From Mytilus trossulus (taxonomy: Eukaryota), in contig NC_086376.1 of the NCBI RefSeq assembly GCF_036588685.1, positions 40,548,001-40,612,000 of the forward strand: a DNA stretch of 64,000 nt. Direction: 5' to 3'. Each line of letters begins with the position of its first letter. Position 1 is the stretch's first letter. Shown here in pieces: positions 26,736 to 37,857 of the stretch. The translations under genes and the position numbers were made by a program. The notes beneath the pieces are model-generated. The model saw nothing but the letters and a program-made list of their open reading frames with translations. It made no database searches and was not told where the DNA came from.

Positions 26736-27290
26736 GAGGGATGATGTCTGACATAAAAAAATTGTCTTTGACTGCCTCTATTTTTGATACAAAAATTAAC
26801 ATAATCGACTGCCATTTTTGATCGTATATACCATCTTCTATGTTCTGTTATAATCCTCCAAAGAAGGAGCATATCCGAATAAAGAAAGATGAATCTTATT
26901 TTCTCCTAGCATTGAGTTACCTACTATTATAAAAAATGTTCTAAAATACATGTATATCTACTTGCTTCTGGCTTTAGAATTTATATGTAATGTTTAGGTC
27001 TTTTGAGTTATGTGAAAAGTTAAAGAGAGTCTTAGTTATAACTGTTTTAAGGAACTTTGACTCATATAAATAAGTGGATATTGTCGAGTGCAAAATAACT
27101 TTCCTTATTACTTGATATAAATTCATAACAATTAGTTCTCATAAATTTTTTTACATCTAGTTTTTCATAAAACCACAAAAATAGATACCTACAAATAAAA
27201 GTACTTTTACAGAAAAAAAACATATTTAGTAGTTTTATTATACTTTTGGTACACACGTAGTTAGTTTTAATTTCTATTTATTTTGTAGAT

Positions 27291-30200
27291 ATGGATGACA
27301 TAAGTGGTATACCACCCAATAATTGTCAGAAGGTCTTTATACAAAGAGATTTCTCAGAAGGCACATCAGTCAAATTTCTTACTAAATTTCCAGCAGAGCT
27401 CAATGGAAAGGTAATTTGATATGGATTGTCTCCCATTTTCACAATTCGCAACATTATCTTCATATGCTTACACTTGTTAACAACTTACCATGACAGCTCC
27501 TAAAATAGTAATGCATGTTGACCTAGATCTGTTAGTTGAACTTTCAGAAAACTATATGCAATGTACATGTGTTGTCAAATATATTGCTTAATTAAGGGGA
27601 CTTCTAAACATAGATTTGTCATCTATGTGAGTGAGCGCAGTGACACAGACTCTTTAGAGCCTCCAATTTCATTTATTTCTACAAAAAAACGATACAAACT
27701 ACATGTATATACAGTCAAACCTGCTTAAGAGACCACCTGTATTAAGTAAAAAACTGTGTTAAATGAGCACCAATTTTTGATCCCTCTGTAGTACAGTTCA
27801 TATAAATTGAACCTGAATTGAAAGACCTCCTGTCTTAAGAGCAGAGATGGGTCCGATTACTTACAATGTAATTGATTAAATTACAATTACTTTGTCATTT
27901 GTACGATTAAATTAAATTAATGATTACATCATTTCTGGAAGTGTCTGATTAAATTAATGATTACATTGGCAAAGTAATCATAATTACATCTGATTACAAT
28001 GAATTAAAAAAAAAATGTTTTGAATAACGTTTAATATATAACTATAGTATTTTTTAGAATCGATTTTTTTATATATTTATATTAAAATGATAACTTCCAA
28101 CTTCAACTATTTAATTAACCACAAAAGTTAACTACAGACATACATGAACATTATGTCAACTTTATTATCATTGGTCTCTGAATTATTTTGACTTCAATTG
28201 AATATGGCTAAGGTCTTTATAAAGAGTTTGCTGTTAGTCTTCTGACCTCTTACAGACTTTATATGTATGTCAAGGTATGTCAAGGTGCAGTTTTTGGAAG
28301 TTAATATATGGATGGAATAAAGTTACCAGATAACAATTATGTAAAATTTAATAGAATTGTTTAAACAAATTGTAAACAAAATATAAGTACTAAAAGTCGA
28401 TGCATTTTACATACAAAAAATTGCTTATTTTAAACAAGATATTTGTCCAACTTTTAATTTAGTTTGTGCTAATTAGTGTAATTTTCACATGTTTGATTAA
28501 TCTTTATCATATATATTGTCCTACAGCTATACTTAATTAGAAATAGCAATAAAAACAAATCTTAATTAATTGGTTTTCTACCTGTCAATTCAAAGTTTAC
28601 AATAATCACAATATCAAATATTATATATGTACATCTTTTATAAATTGTGAATATATGTACAATATTTTACACTAAGGCCTTCTTTGGCTAATGATGACTT
28701 TTTAATATTGTAACAGTTTATTTTTTACTGAAGTATACAAATCAATTCACATGTTTTATAAAGTAAACCAAACTATCTTAACTTGTTAAATATCTACTAA
28801 ATAAGAATAACAAAAAGGTTCATTTATTGACCATAAACACAGTTCAAGTTTTTTTCATTGTAATCAGAATGTAATCAAAATGTAATCAGGATTACAGGGC
28901 ATTTTTAAAAGTAATTGATTAAATTAAATTACATGTAATGATTACAATGATTACTTGAAAAATTGAAATCAATTACAGCTGATTAACGATTACAATTACA
29001 ATTACCCCAAGTCTGCTTCAGAGATCGCTTTTTTGTTTTCCTTTGAGTGGTTCCTCAAAACAGGTTTCACTGTATTTCAAAACAAAGTTAACATTTAAAA
29101 TGTTGTTGCTATTTTTACAGCTGGAGACTGATGTATTTGTAAGAACTATCACTCAACTGAATAGCATGTTCAGTGAGGCAGAAACCTTAGGAGGCAGGAA
29201 TTATTGTGAGAGCTGCTTAGCATGTCTTACAGCTTATACAAGTTATATATGTTTTGATACACATTATGAAAAGGTAAAGTTCATTTATTAAGCCCTTATT
29301 GGTTGTAGTTGTTATAACATATGTACATGTGTACAGTATCATGAGTATATAGAATTACAAATTTTGATTTGTAAATATCAGAATGAAGCAGGAAATTAAT
29401 TGTTAGCTCTGAAAAACTTTGTATTAGAGAGAAAGCAATGGACAGAGCAATATGCGTAACTACTTGTATTCCTTTCCTTTAAAAAGCTGCTGCTACAATT
29501 TGATGTTTGATTTATATGCTTTAGGACTTTTTGTACATACTCAATACATGTAACAAAGCGCTCCCTTTTATGGATGTAGTAGATGTTTGTTTTAATGATA
29601 GTGTGTCTGGCATCCTTTTACTTAAATGTTAGGTTCTTATGACTTCATGTGTGTGTATGTATATAGATATTGTAATGGATGGTGACAATTTAAGAAAATA
29701 AATAGTATCTTATGTTATCTTATCATGTAACCTTAATTGAGTGTGAATTTTGTTATTTTGAAGTAACAATGGCATAAAATTTAGTGTTGGATTTATATCT
29801 TTACGACACTTGTAAACAATATTGGAAAATCTTTAATGTGCACACAATGTCATTTTGATATATGAAAATCTGGAGACAAAGAAACAAATTAAAATGCAGC
29901 TATATATATTTTTTTTCTCAGAAAAACAAGTGTAAAAACTAGAAAAAATAATGTATTCTTTAACTTGGGAACTAACAATAGTCATATTGATATAAATTCT
30001 TTAATATTCACTTTCACAATTACAAATCTTGCACATAAGGCAATAACATGACTTTGATTTAATTTTGTAGATGTTAAAGAAAATAACCAAATTCATCGCA
30101 GAACAAAACCAAGATTACTATGTACCAAGAGGACTGATGTTAGTTGATCCAGTAGAAAGAGGACTAAGAACTGTATCCTTTTATTTCCACATTTGGCTGA

Positions 30201-30775
30201 AGGGCCAGTCTTAGCTGTTGCCACCATTAGGCGTTCAGCAATTTATTAGCTTTTCTAAGAATCTTTACGTGATGCTGCTTTCAATATATAAAAAGAAAGT
30301 GAATTTATTTCAAATCTTTTTTTAATGACATTTAATTTTTTGTTTGAAGCTATTAAAATACTTTTGATACCAGAAGTTTATTTTCACTAAACATTTGTAA
30401 AAAAACTGATATATCACTTTCAACTTATCATGCTTTGTACATACATGACAAAATATAAAAAAGAAGATGTGGTATGATTGCCAATGAGACAACTCTCCAC
30501 AAGAGACCAAATTTACACAGAAATTAACAACTATAGGTCACTGTTTGGTTTTCATGATAGCACGTAATAACAGAATCAAATCAGTGAATGGCAAATGTTC
30601 CTCATGTATTGGCACAGTGTACTGCAGAAACCTTTGCAATGTTTTTGTTTTCTCTACTTGCCCAGTTTTCTTTTTCCAGCATGGCCATTTTGATTTTATC
30701 ATACATTATTTTAACTTTTCCTTAACTAATTTTCAGCTTGAGATATGTTTATTGTCTGAAAACAATGGAAGATGA
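27291..30775 (+). CDS. GOLGA7: Golgin subfamily A member 7 / Erf4, palmitoyltransferase cofactor (137 aa)
   Basis: Exons 27291-27410, 29121-29273, 30071-30172, 30737-30775 (414 nt). KVFIQRDFSEGTSVKFLTKFPAELNGK...FSEAETLGGRNYCESCLACLTAY...THYEK...[29 protein letters not shown] match GOLGA7 motifs. Confidence 0.95.
27712..29072. mobile_element. Tc1/mariner-type MITE (TA TSD) split by a hAT MITE
   Basis: TA-CAGTCAAACCTG ... CAGGTTTCACTG-TA. Confidence 0.75.
27842..29015. mobile_element. hAT-type MITE with GATTAC subterminal repeats
   Basis: TIR CAGAGATGGG / CCCAAGTCTG; 8-bp TSD CTTAAGAG (27834-27841) and CTTCAGAG (29016-29023); (G/A)ATTAC arrays at both ends. Confidence 0.75.
30173..30736 (+). 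other. U12-type (minor spliceosome) GT-AG intron of GOLGA7
   Basis: 5' splice site GTATCCTTTT; branch point TTTTCCTTAAC at 30716-30726, about 11 nt from the AG at 30735-30736; phase-0 join restores conserved GLRT/LEI. Confidence 0.9.
30455..30560. repeat. Abundant dispersed repeat (probable SINE/LINE 3' tail)
   Basis: AAGATGTGGTATGATTGCCAATGAGACAACTCTCCAC; homologous copies at about 10690-10790, 36650-36755, 41413-41450, 43400-43540, 49150-49310 and 61975-62430. Confidence 0.7.
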
Positions 30776-31129
30776 GAAAAAGATTTCAGAACTAACTTTA
30801 TAGTCTTCTATCTGTGAATAGTTGTTTTCTTCCGAACAGCTATCATGTTATTGAATGATATACTTTGTGCTTTTAAACAAAATATTTCTTCAAATTTCAG
30901 TTAAAATATTGTTAGATATTATTGTACTGCTGCTAAACATCAACTCCAAATTAGGTTTGCTGACATTTAAATTTTTAAATAGATTTTTCTTTTTATTACC
31001 TGTTTTTTTTACCAATTTTAGAGAAGAAAACTATTAAATTCATTTACATGTATATAACGTACAATTGATCTCATGTTTAAAAAAATAACAATTTAATTTC
31101 TATTAATTTGGTTAATTCCAAGCAACTTC

Positions 31130-31386
31130 CATACCTGCCAACTGTCACTATTTGTGCGAGATATCCCCCATGGAGGCCCCCAATTTGAATATTTGAAAGA
31201 GGAAATTTGTCCACATTTTAAAACAAATCAATTAATTTTACCATGGCAATAGAATTTCAAATACACGAAGAAGCAAATAAACAACATTAAAGTAGATTTG
31301 AAGGTCCCTTTAAAGGTTTTGTAGGACTATGAGAGCAACCTTGACCATAAAACCCACATGGGCATTTTAAAATGTTGGCAGGTATG
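31130..31386. mobile_element. MITE with 6-bp TSD
   Basis: AACTTC-CATACCTGCCAAC ... GTTGGCAGGTATG-AACTTC. Confidence 0.8.
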
Positions 31387-31649
31387 AACTTCATACATAT
31401 ATATATGAAACATGTGTAATGCTTATGTCAACATAGCTAATGTCAATCAACTGATTAATTCAGAATTTGTGTTGCATTATGGGAACTTGTTTCTAATGTA
31501 ACTAGGTGTTTTTAGGATGGAGTTAATTTAACCTATTTAATGAGAATTGAATATTTTATAATTCATACATTTTTAACACAGTTCTGTGTGCAGATAGAAA
31601 TCACAATAGACATTATCATGTGAACATTTGTGTGTATCATCTAAGTAAT

Positions 31650-31987
31650 TTATTATACTTCACTTTCAAATGCCAGATTTTGATTGGTTAATAGGAGCAT
31701 GATAATTTACTTTATCACATGGCTCATATATTCTATTACAGTTCACAAACACACTTGATCAATTGTGAGCGTTACTAATTATAGATGGTTGTCATAGTTT
31801 ATAACGTTCAATTTTCAAATTCAAATGACAGTAATAACAGAGCATTCAGTATAATAAATTAAATAATACACAGCTTAGCGGGTGAAAGAGCAGATTGTTA
31901 CATCTCAATAAAACATTGTCAAATTTGGCTTGTCTTCTTGGGTTACAGTACGCTGTTTCACACTCTCCGCTATGTGTTATTTATATA
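31650..31987. mobile_element. Degenerate element ending in a hairpin (Crypton-like, inferred)
   Basis: Imperfect terminal hairpin AATAACACAGCTTAGCGGGTGAAAGAGC ... GCTGTTTCACACTCTCCGCTATGTGTTATT. Confidence 0.4.
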
Positions 31988-34900
31988 GAATCATTTACAT
32001 GTAAGTATCTAGGATGGTCATGCTATCTTATAAACTGATTAAAGATAACAAGGTTTTTTAAAGACATTACCATCATCTATTGTTATCTTCCCTGTGTACA
32101 TTAATGACATCCTTTTAATGATTACTATCCTACATCCTTTTAGTGATTATTATCCTTTTGTAGAAATGGATATACATGTGATCAAAATTTCCCATCACAA
32201 ATTTCATGTCATTGTATTTATGTCCAATTTATTGGTATAATTTTTTATGGTCCAATCAACCTGAAACTTCATTCACGTCTTTCCTATGATATGATCTTTC
32301 TTATTTCATTGCCACATTAGATTTTTTACCCCATTTTCACGGTCCACTGAATATGGAAAATGATAGTGTGAGTAGAGCATCTGTATACTATGGACACATT
32401 CTTGTTTTCCAAATGATATACAATATATCACAGACATTTCATTATGATGTTGTATCTATTTATTTTTTCATACATATATATACTATGTATGATATATACT
32501 ACAGTGTGTAGATAAGTTTTCTGGATGAAGTTGTAGTTTTTGGAAAGTATTTCCAGAAGTAGATGTATATAAATTCAGACTTTATTTATCTTTCCAGATT
32601 GAAACAAAGAGGTTGACATGTGACTTATATCAAAATCATGTTTACACAGGTCGTCAATCATATATTCATATTGTATGTTTTCACGTGTTATATTGTAAAA
32701 TATTTTATTTAAGTTAGTTGTGACATATTGAGACATAATTTGACTGTGATATAAGCTTGAGGTTTGTGAATGATGGAAAACAGGGAGATGCCATATACCA
32801 ATTATTTTTTTTTTGTACATTGTTTGTGTATGTTTTATTCTTCCAAATACAGGTGCATTCATGTTGTATTTCAATCAGTCATCTTAGTCTTTGATATAAC
32901 TAGGATTTATTTGTACATTCTAGATCACAAAAGAGCAGATGTTGAGCTCTTGGAAATAAATTCTTCTCATTATTCTGATACTTGAAGAGTTTTTTCTATT
33001 GTTTTTCAAAAATTGTATCTTTGATAAAGTGAATGGCCTAACAATACATCTCCCCATGTATCTATCTGTATAGGATGAAATGACTTGTGTGTGATGAGTC
33101 ATTATCATTGTTTTTTTTTTGTTTTTTTTCTCTAAAAATACCTGCGTAGTATAGAAAATATCTTTTAATGCTTTATTAGTTTATATTTAGTCATAGACAT
33201 TGTGATCATGTTAATTAAAATTTAAAATGACCAGAGGGGTATTTAAATCACACTTTTACATGATGCATACCATTTCAAGTTTTTGTCTAATTTCCATGTA
33301 AATTTTGTCTTTGGTTTCCATATGATTAAAGCTGTTACAGTAATGAATGTAGCAACACACTTCATAATATTATGGTACTACAGTTTCAAAAAGTGTATGA
33401 GCTATAGTCAAACCTTCCTCCCACAGTTTGTTTTTAACTAACTCTTGGTGAGAGTTGTCATTTTGTTGTTGTATCATTGATGCAAGTTTTGATGGATCCT
33501 GAAAATTCCCAACTAGATTATCAAATAAATTTATATAGCATTACTGAATTGTATGAACATTAGTGTTCAAAACCTTCCTTAATTTTCACAAGGCCATAAC
33601 AAAATTTGTTCATATTGTGACATGAATGTGTTTTCCATCATCATTATTTTCAATGTACTTAGAAATATTCAATTTCATTTAACTCTTTAGACATATGTTA
33701 TTGAGAGACAATGATACACCTATCCTCATCCCTAATTGTTAGATATTGTTGTATTGAGTAAATCTGATTCATAATTGTTGTAATATCATAACTCCTTCCA
33801 ATATTACTTGGTACATTTTTTCTCATTTTTTGAATTCAGGATTCATTTGTGAAAGCTATGGTATGATTTGTTTCAGTATGTTGTGAACCTATATAACTTG
33901 ATTATAAGTGTTAGTACAATTAATATTACAAAGTCAAAAATTTTGATCAGTTTTTCATTTTTTCTTTCCTTTTGCTTTATTAATTTCAACCTATAAAAAT
34001 GCACACTTAAAACTTAGCACTTCTACTTTATCATTACATTGAAATTAACTTTTTATAAAAATATGCAGAATGTGTACTCTCTTTTTTTTTTTTTAAATTT
34101 GAAGGATGTCAGAAATGAAGTTATTACACTTGAGATAAAGGAAGATTTGTCTTAGTCAAAAATTGGATTGTAATGAGATACAATGAAAGCATTTACAGCT
34201 GATTTCAATGAGTGTTTAGCTAAGGGAAATATCTTTGGTTAGCTTGCTTTCTAGCTGAACTGTGAAGTCATTGTTAGATAAGGTAAACTTAATGGAGGGT
34301 AGCTTACCTCACCTAACAATGACTTCACACTCATTATAATCAACTGTAAATTCGTCTAAATTTAACTTGATTATTGATTTCAGAAATAAATTTAAAACTC
34401 CTCTTTTTAAAAAGTTTTGTTCCTGGTCTATTCCAAGAAGCAAAAGCCAATACCATAACATATCTATACAAATGATACAATATTAGTAATATTTTGATAG
34501 AAAATAACTCACCTTATTAGTAATCAAAAGAAAATATCTTTTTATAGTTCATCATTCATGATTTGAGAATAAAAGATTTGAGTCTTATTATTTTTAAGCT
34601 TATTTTATGAGAACATTGTATTTTAAAAATCAAATACATGTATTTATTAATTATTTGTATCTTACACTGCCTGGTTTCACCTTTGAGAACTTTAAAATAA
34701 TATGAGTTTTTTTGTTACATTTGCAAGAATACTAAAGAAGAAAATAATTTTAAAGAAATATTTTAAAATTATCATTGTGTATGAATTGAAAATATTATTT
34801 CCTGTTTATTTTTAAAACAAAATTTGATATGCAGTATCAATGTATCATGATTGTCAAAAAGTTTAATGCATGTACAACCAATAATTGTGATTTGCAAACG

Positions 34901-35275
34901 TTTTTCAAATTTATAAACAAAAAATCTTCTTCCTATTCATACTCTCCAAATCCAAGGCATCAATAAGCTTGTTTTTGCTTTAATGTCTGTAGAATCAGCA
35001 TTGTAATATGTAATCAGTGCAATTTTGTTTTGATATCATCATTAAAGTCTGGTAAAAAAAGACAGTGTTTTGTTTATTTTGTCATCAATTTTGAATAGTA
35101 TTGCATGCATTTTATACTGGTTTACTTAAAAAAAAATCAACTGATTAAGGAATTAAATATGAGTGCTTTATTTTTCTGTCTTTTTATCAAGCATATTTAT
35201 CTGTGCTCTGAAACAATTTAAAAAGAACAAATTTGTTTATGCAAAGTGTGACAATCCCCGCACAGGCTGTACCAG

Positions 35276-36350
35276 TTTTTGTCGAGCCTGCAGAAAGCTC
35301 GACATAGGGATAGTGATCCGGCGGCGTCGGCGGCGGTCTTAGCTCACTTCTTAAAAGGTTGATATTTTAGAAGATGAAAGACCTGGATGCTTCATACTTT
35401 GTATATAGATGCCTCATGTTACAAAGTTTCTGTCAGTCACATGTCCAATGTCCTTGACCTCATTTTCATGGTTCAGTGACCACTTGAAAAAAAAGTTCAG
35501 AAATTTTGTAATGTTGAATTCTCTCTTATTATAAGTAATAGGATAACTATATTTGGTATGTGCGTACCTTGCAAGGTCCTCATGCCCGTCAGACAGTTTT
35601 CACTTGACCTCGACCTTATTTCATGGATCAGTGAACAAGGTTAAGTTTTAGTGGTCAAGTCCATATCTCAGATACTATAAGCAATAGGGCTAGTATATTT
35701 GGTGTATGGAAGGACTGTAAGGTGTACATGTCCAACTGGCAGATGTCACCTGACCTTGACCTCATTTTCATGGTTGAGTGGTTATAGTTATGTTTTTGCG
35801 TTTTGGTCAGTTTTTCTCATATTTGATGCAATAGGTCTACTATATTTGTTGTATGGAATGATTTTAAGGTGTACATGTCTAGCGGGCAGATGTCATCTGA
35901 CCTTAACCTCATTTTCATGGTTCAGTGGTCAAAGTTATTTTTTTAAGTTTTGGTCTTTTTATCTAATATATGCCAAAGGTCAACTATATTTGGTTTACTG
36001 AAATATATTATGATCTAAATATCATTCCCGCAGGTTTTATTTGACCATGACCTCAATTTCACAGTTCATTGCACAGTGTTAAGTTTTTGTGTTTTGGTCT
36101 ATTTTTCTTAAACATTAAGTAATAGGTCAACTATATTTGTTGTATGGAAGCATTGTTAGCTGTACATGTCTGCCTGGCATGGTTCATTTGACCTTGACCT
36201 CATTTTCATGGTTTATTGGTCTTTGTTTAGCTATCTTGGTTAATGTTAAGTTTAAGTGACAGTTGTAATAAAACTTTATACTTAGGACTATCAACATAAT
36301 ATCAATGATTAGTAAAGAAGACGAGACATTTCAGTGTGTGCACTCTTGTT
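35276..36350 (+). mobile_element. HINE family B
   Basis: Full-length homologue of 13171-14227 with the same termini and central repeats; T-run at both ends. Confidence 0.8.
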
Positions 36351-36870
36351 GATATTCTTGTAAATATACCAAAGGGGATTACAAAAGTTTAAAGTCAAAC
36401 AAAAACAAACACCATGTTCTTACTGTTACCACTGTAACAGATTATGGGAGGGTTGGCACACCTTCAAAGTAGTTTAACCAACCCCACCACACAGTATATG
36501 TGCCTATCCCAAGTCTGGTGACTATAATTCAGTGATTGTCATTTGTTGCTGTACATCAAATTTATTTCGTTCATTCTTTTGTAAACAAATCAGGCCGTAT
36601 GTTTTCTTGTTTTACATCTGTCAATTTGTGGAAATATATAGTTGAACATGAGATATGGGTTTTATTTGTTGTTGTAGGGTGTATGGTGACCTATAGTTGT
36701 TCATTTCTTAGTAATTTGGTCACTTGTTGAGAGTTATTCATTGGCAAGCATCTTCTACAATGTATAATGCTCAAAGGAAATTAGAATAACACACAAACAA
36801 CACTTGTCAAAACAGGTTGAGAAACAACATATACAATAATCTATGACCTTTGGTTCTCTAAAAGTATCCC

Positions 36871-37560
36871 TTTTTATATGACCGCAAAATAAATAAATTG
36901 CGTATATTGGAATCACATGGTCTGTCGTCGTCGTCAGCGTCATCTGAAAGACACTTAGCTTCCAGACTATAACTTTAGTAAAAGTGAATGAATCTCTATG
37001 AAATTTTAAAACAAGGTTTAAAACCACAAAAGAAGGTTGGGAATGATGTTGGGGGTTACGGTCCTAAGAGTTTAGGAACAAAGGGTCCAAAAGGGGTCAA
37101 AATAAGTATTTTTCTAGTTTCCAGACAATAACTTGTGTGAAAGGGTATGGATCCTTATGAATTCGTATCAAGAGGCTCTATACCAAAAAGAAAATTTGGT
37201 ATTTGGTATTGGTTTTAGGGGTTAATAATGACCCAAACTGTTTAGGAATTAGGGGTTCAAAAAAGGGCCAAATCAATACTTTGTATAAATTGCTAATTTT
37301 TTTACCAATTTATTCTTGAACTATTGTTTTTTTTATAATATGCTGAATCTAACAGTGTTTAAAGTTTTTTTAATTTGATCCCGTTTTTTTTTTAAATTGG
37401 TCTACATGAGGTCTACAGGGTCCAAAATTAAACTTTGTTTGATTTCATCAAAAATTGAATTATTGAGGATCCTTGATATGCCGAATCTAACTGTGTATTT
37501 AGATTTTAAATTTTAACTTAAGTTTGATTTTAACAAAACTTGCAGAGCATTTTATTAATA
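36871..37560 (+). mobile_element. HINE family C (degenerate)
   Basis: TTTTTATATGACCGC start, (GTC)n microsatellite, internal repeats; homologous to 40862-42278. Confidence 0.6.
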
Positions 37561-37857
37561 AATAAGCTAAAGCAGTTAATGTGATTGAACAATCTGTTCT
37601 CACTCTGAAGTAATAACATTGTGACATAAGAAATGTCTTGGAAAATGCACAGATTTGAGAAGTCCTATAGATTCAAACTAAATTAATCATAACAATTTGG
37701 AAGCTGACTTCTTGTTGCAGCAACAATATAATTCAGAATCGTTATAGTGACACTAAATGACAAAAAGAGCTGACAGTGCAAGACCCTTATGGGTAGTCAA
37801 GGTCTTAGAAACCTTGTCGACAAAAAATGAAGAACGAAAAAGATTAACAATTTATTG

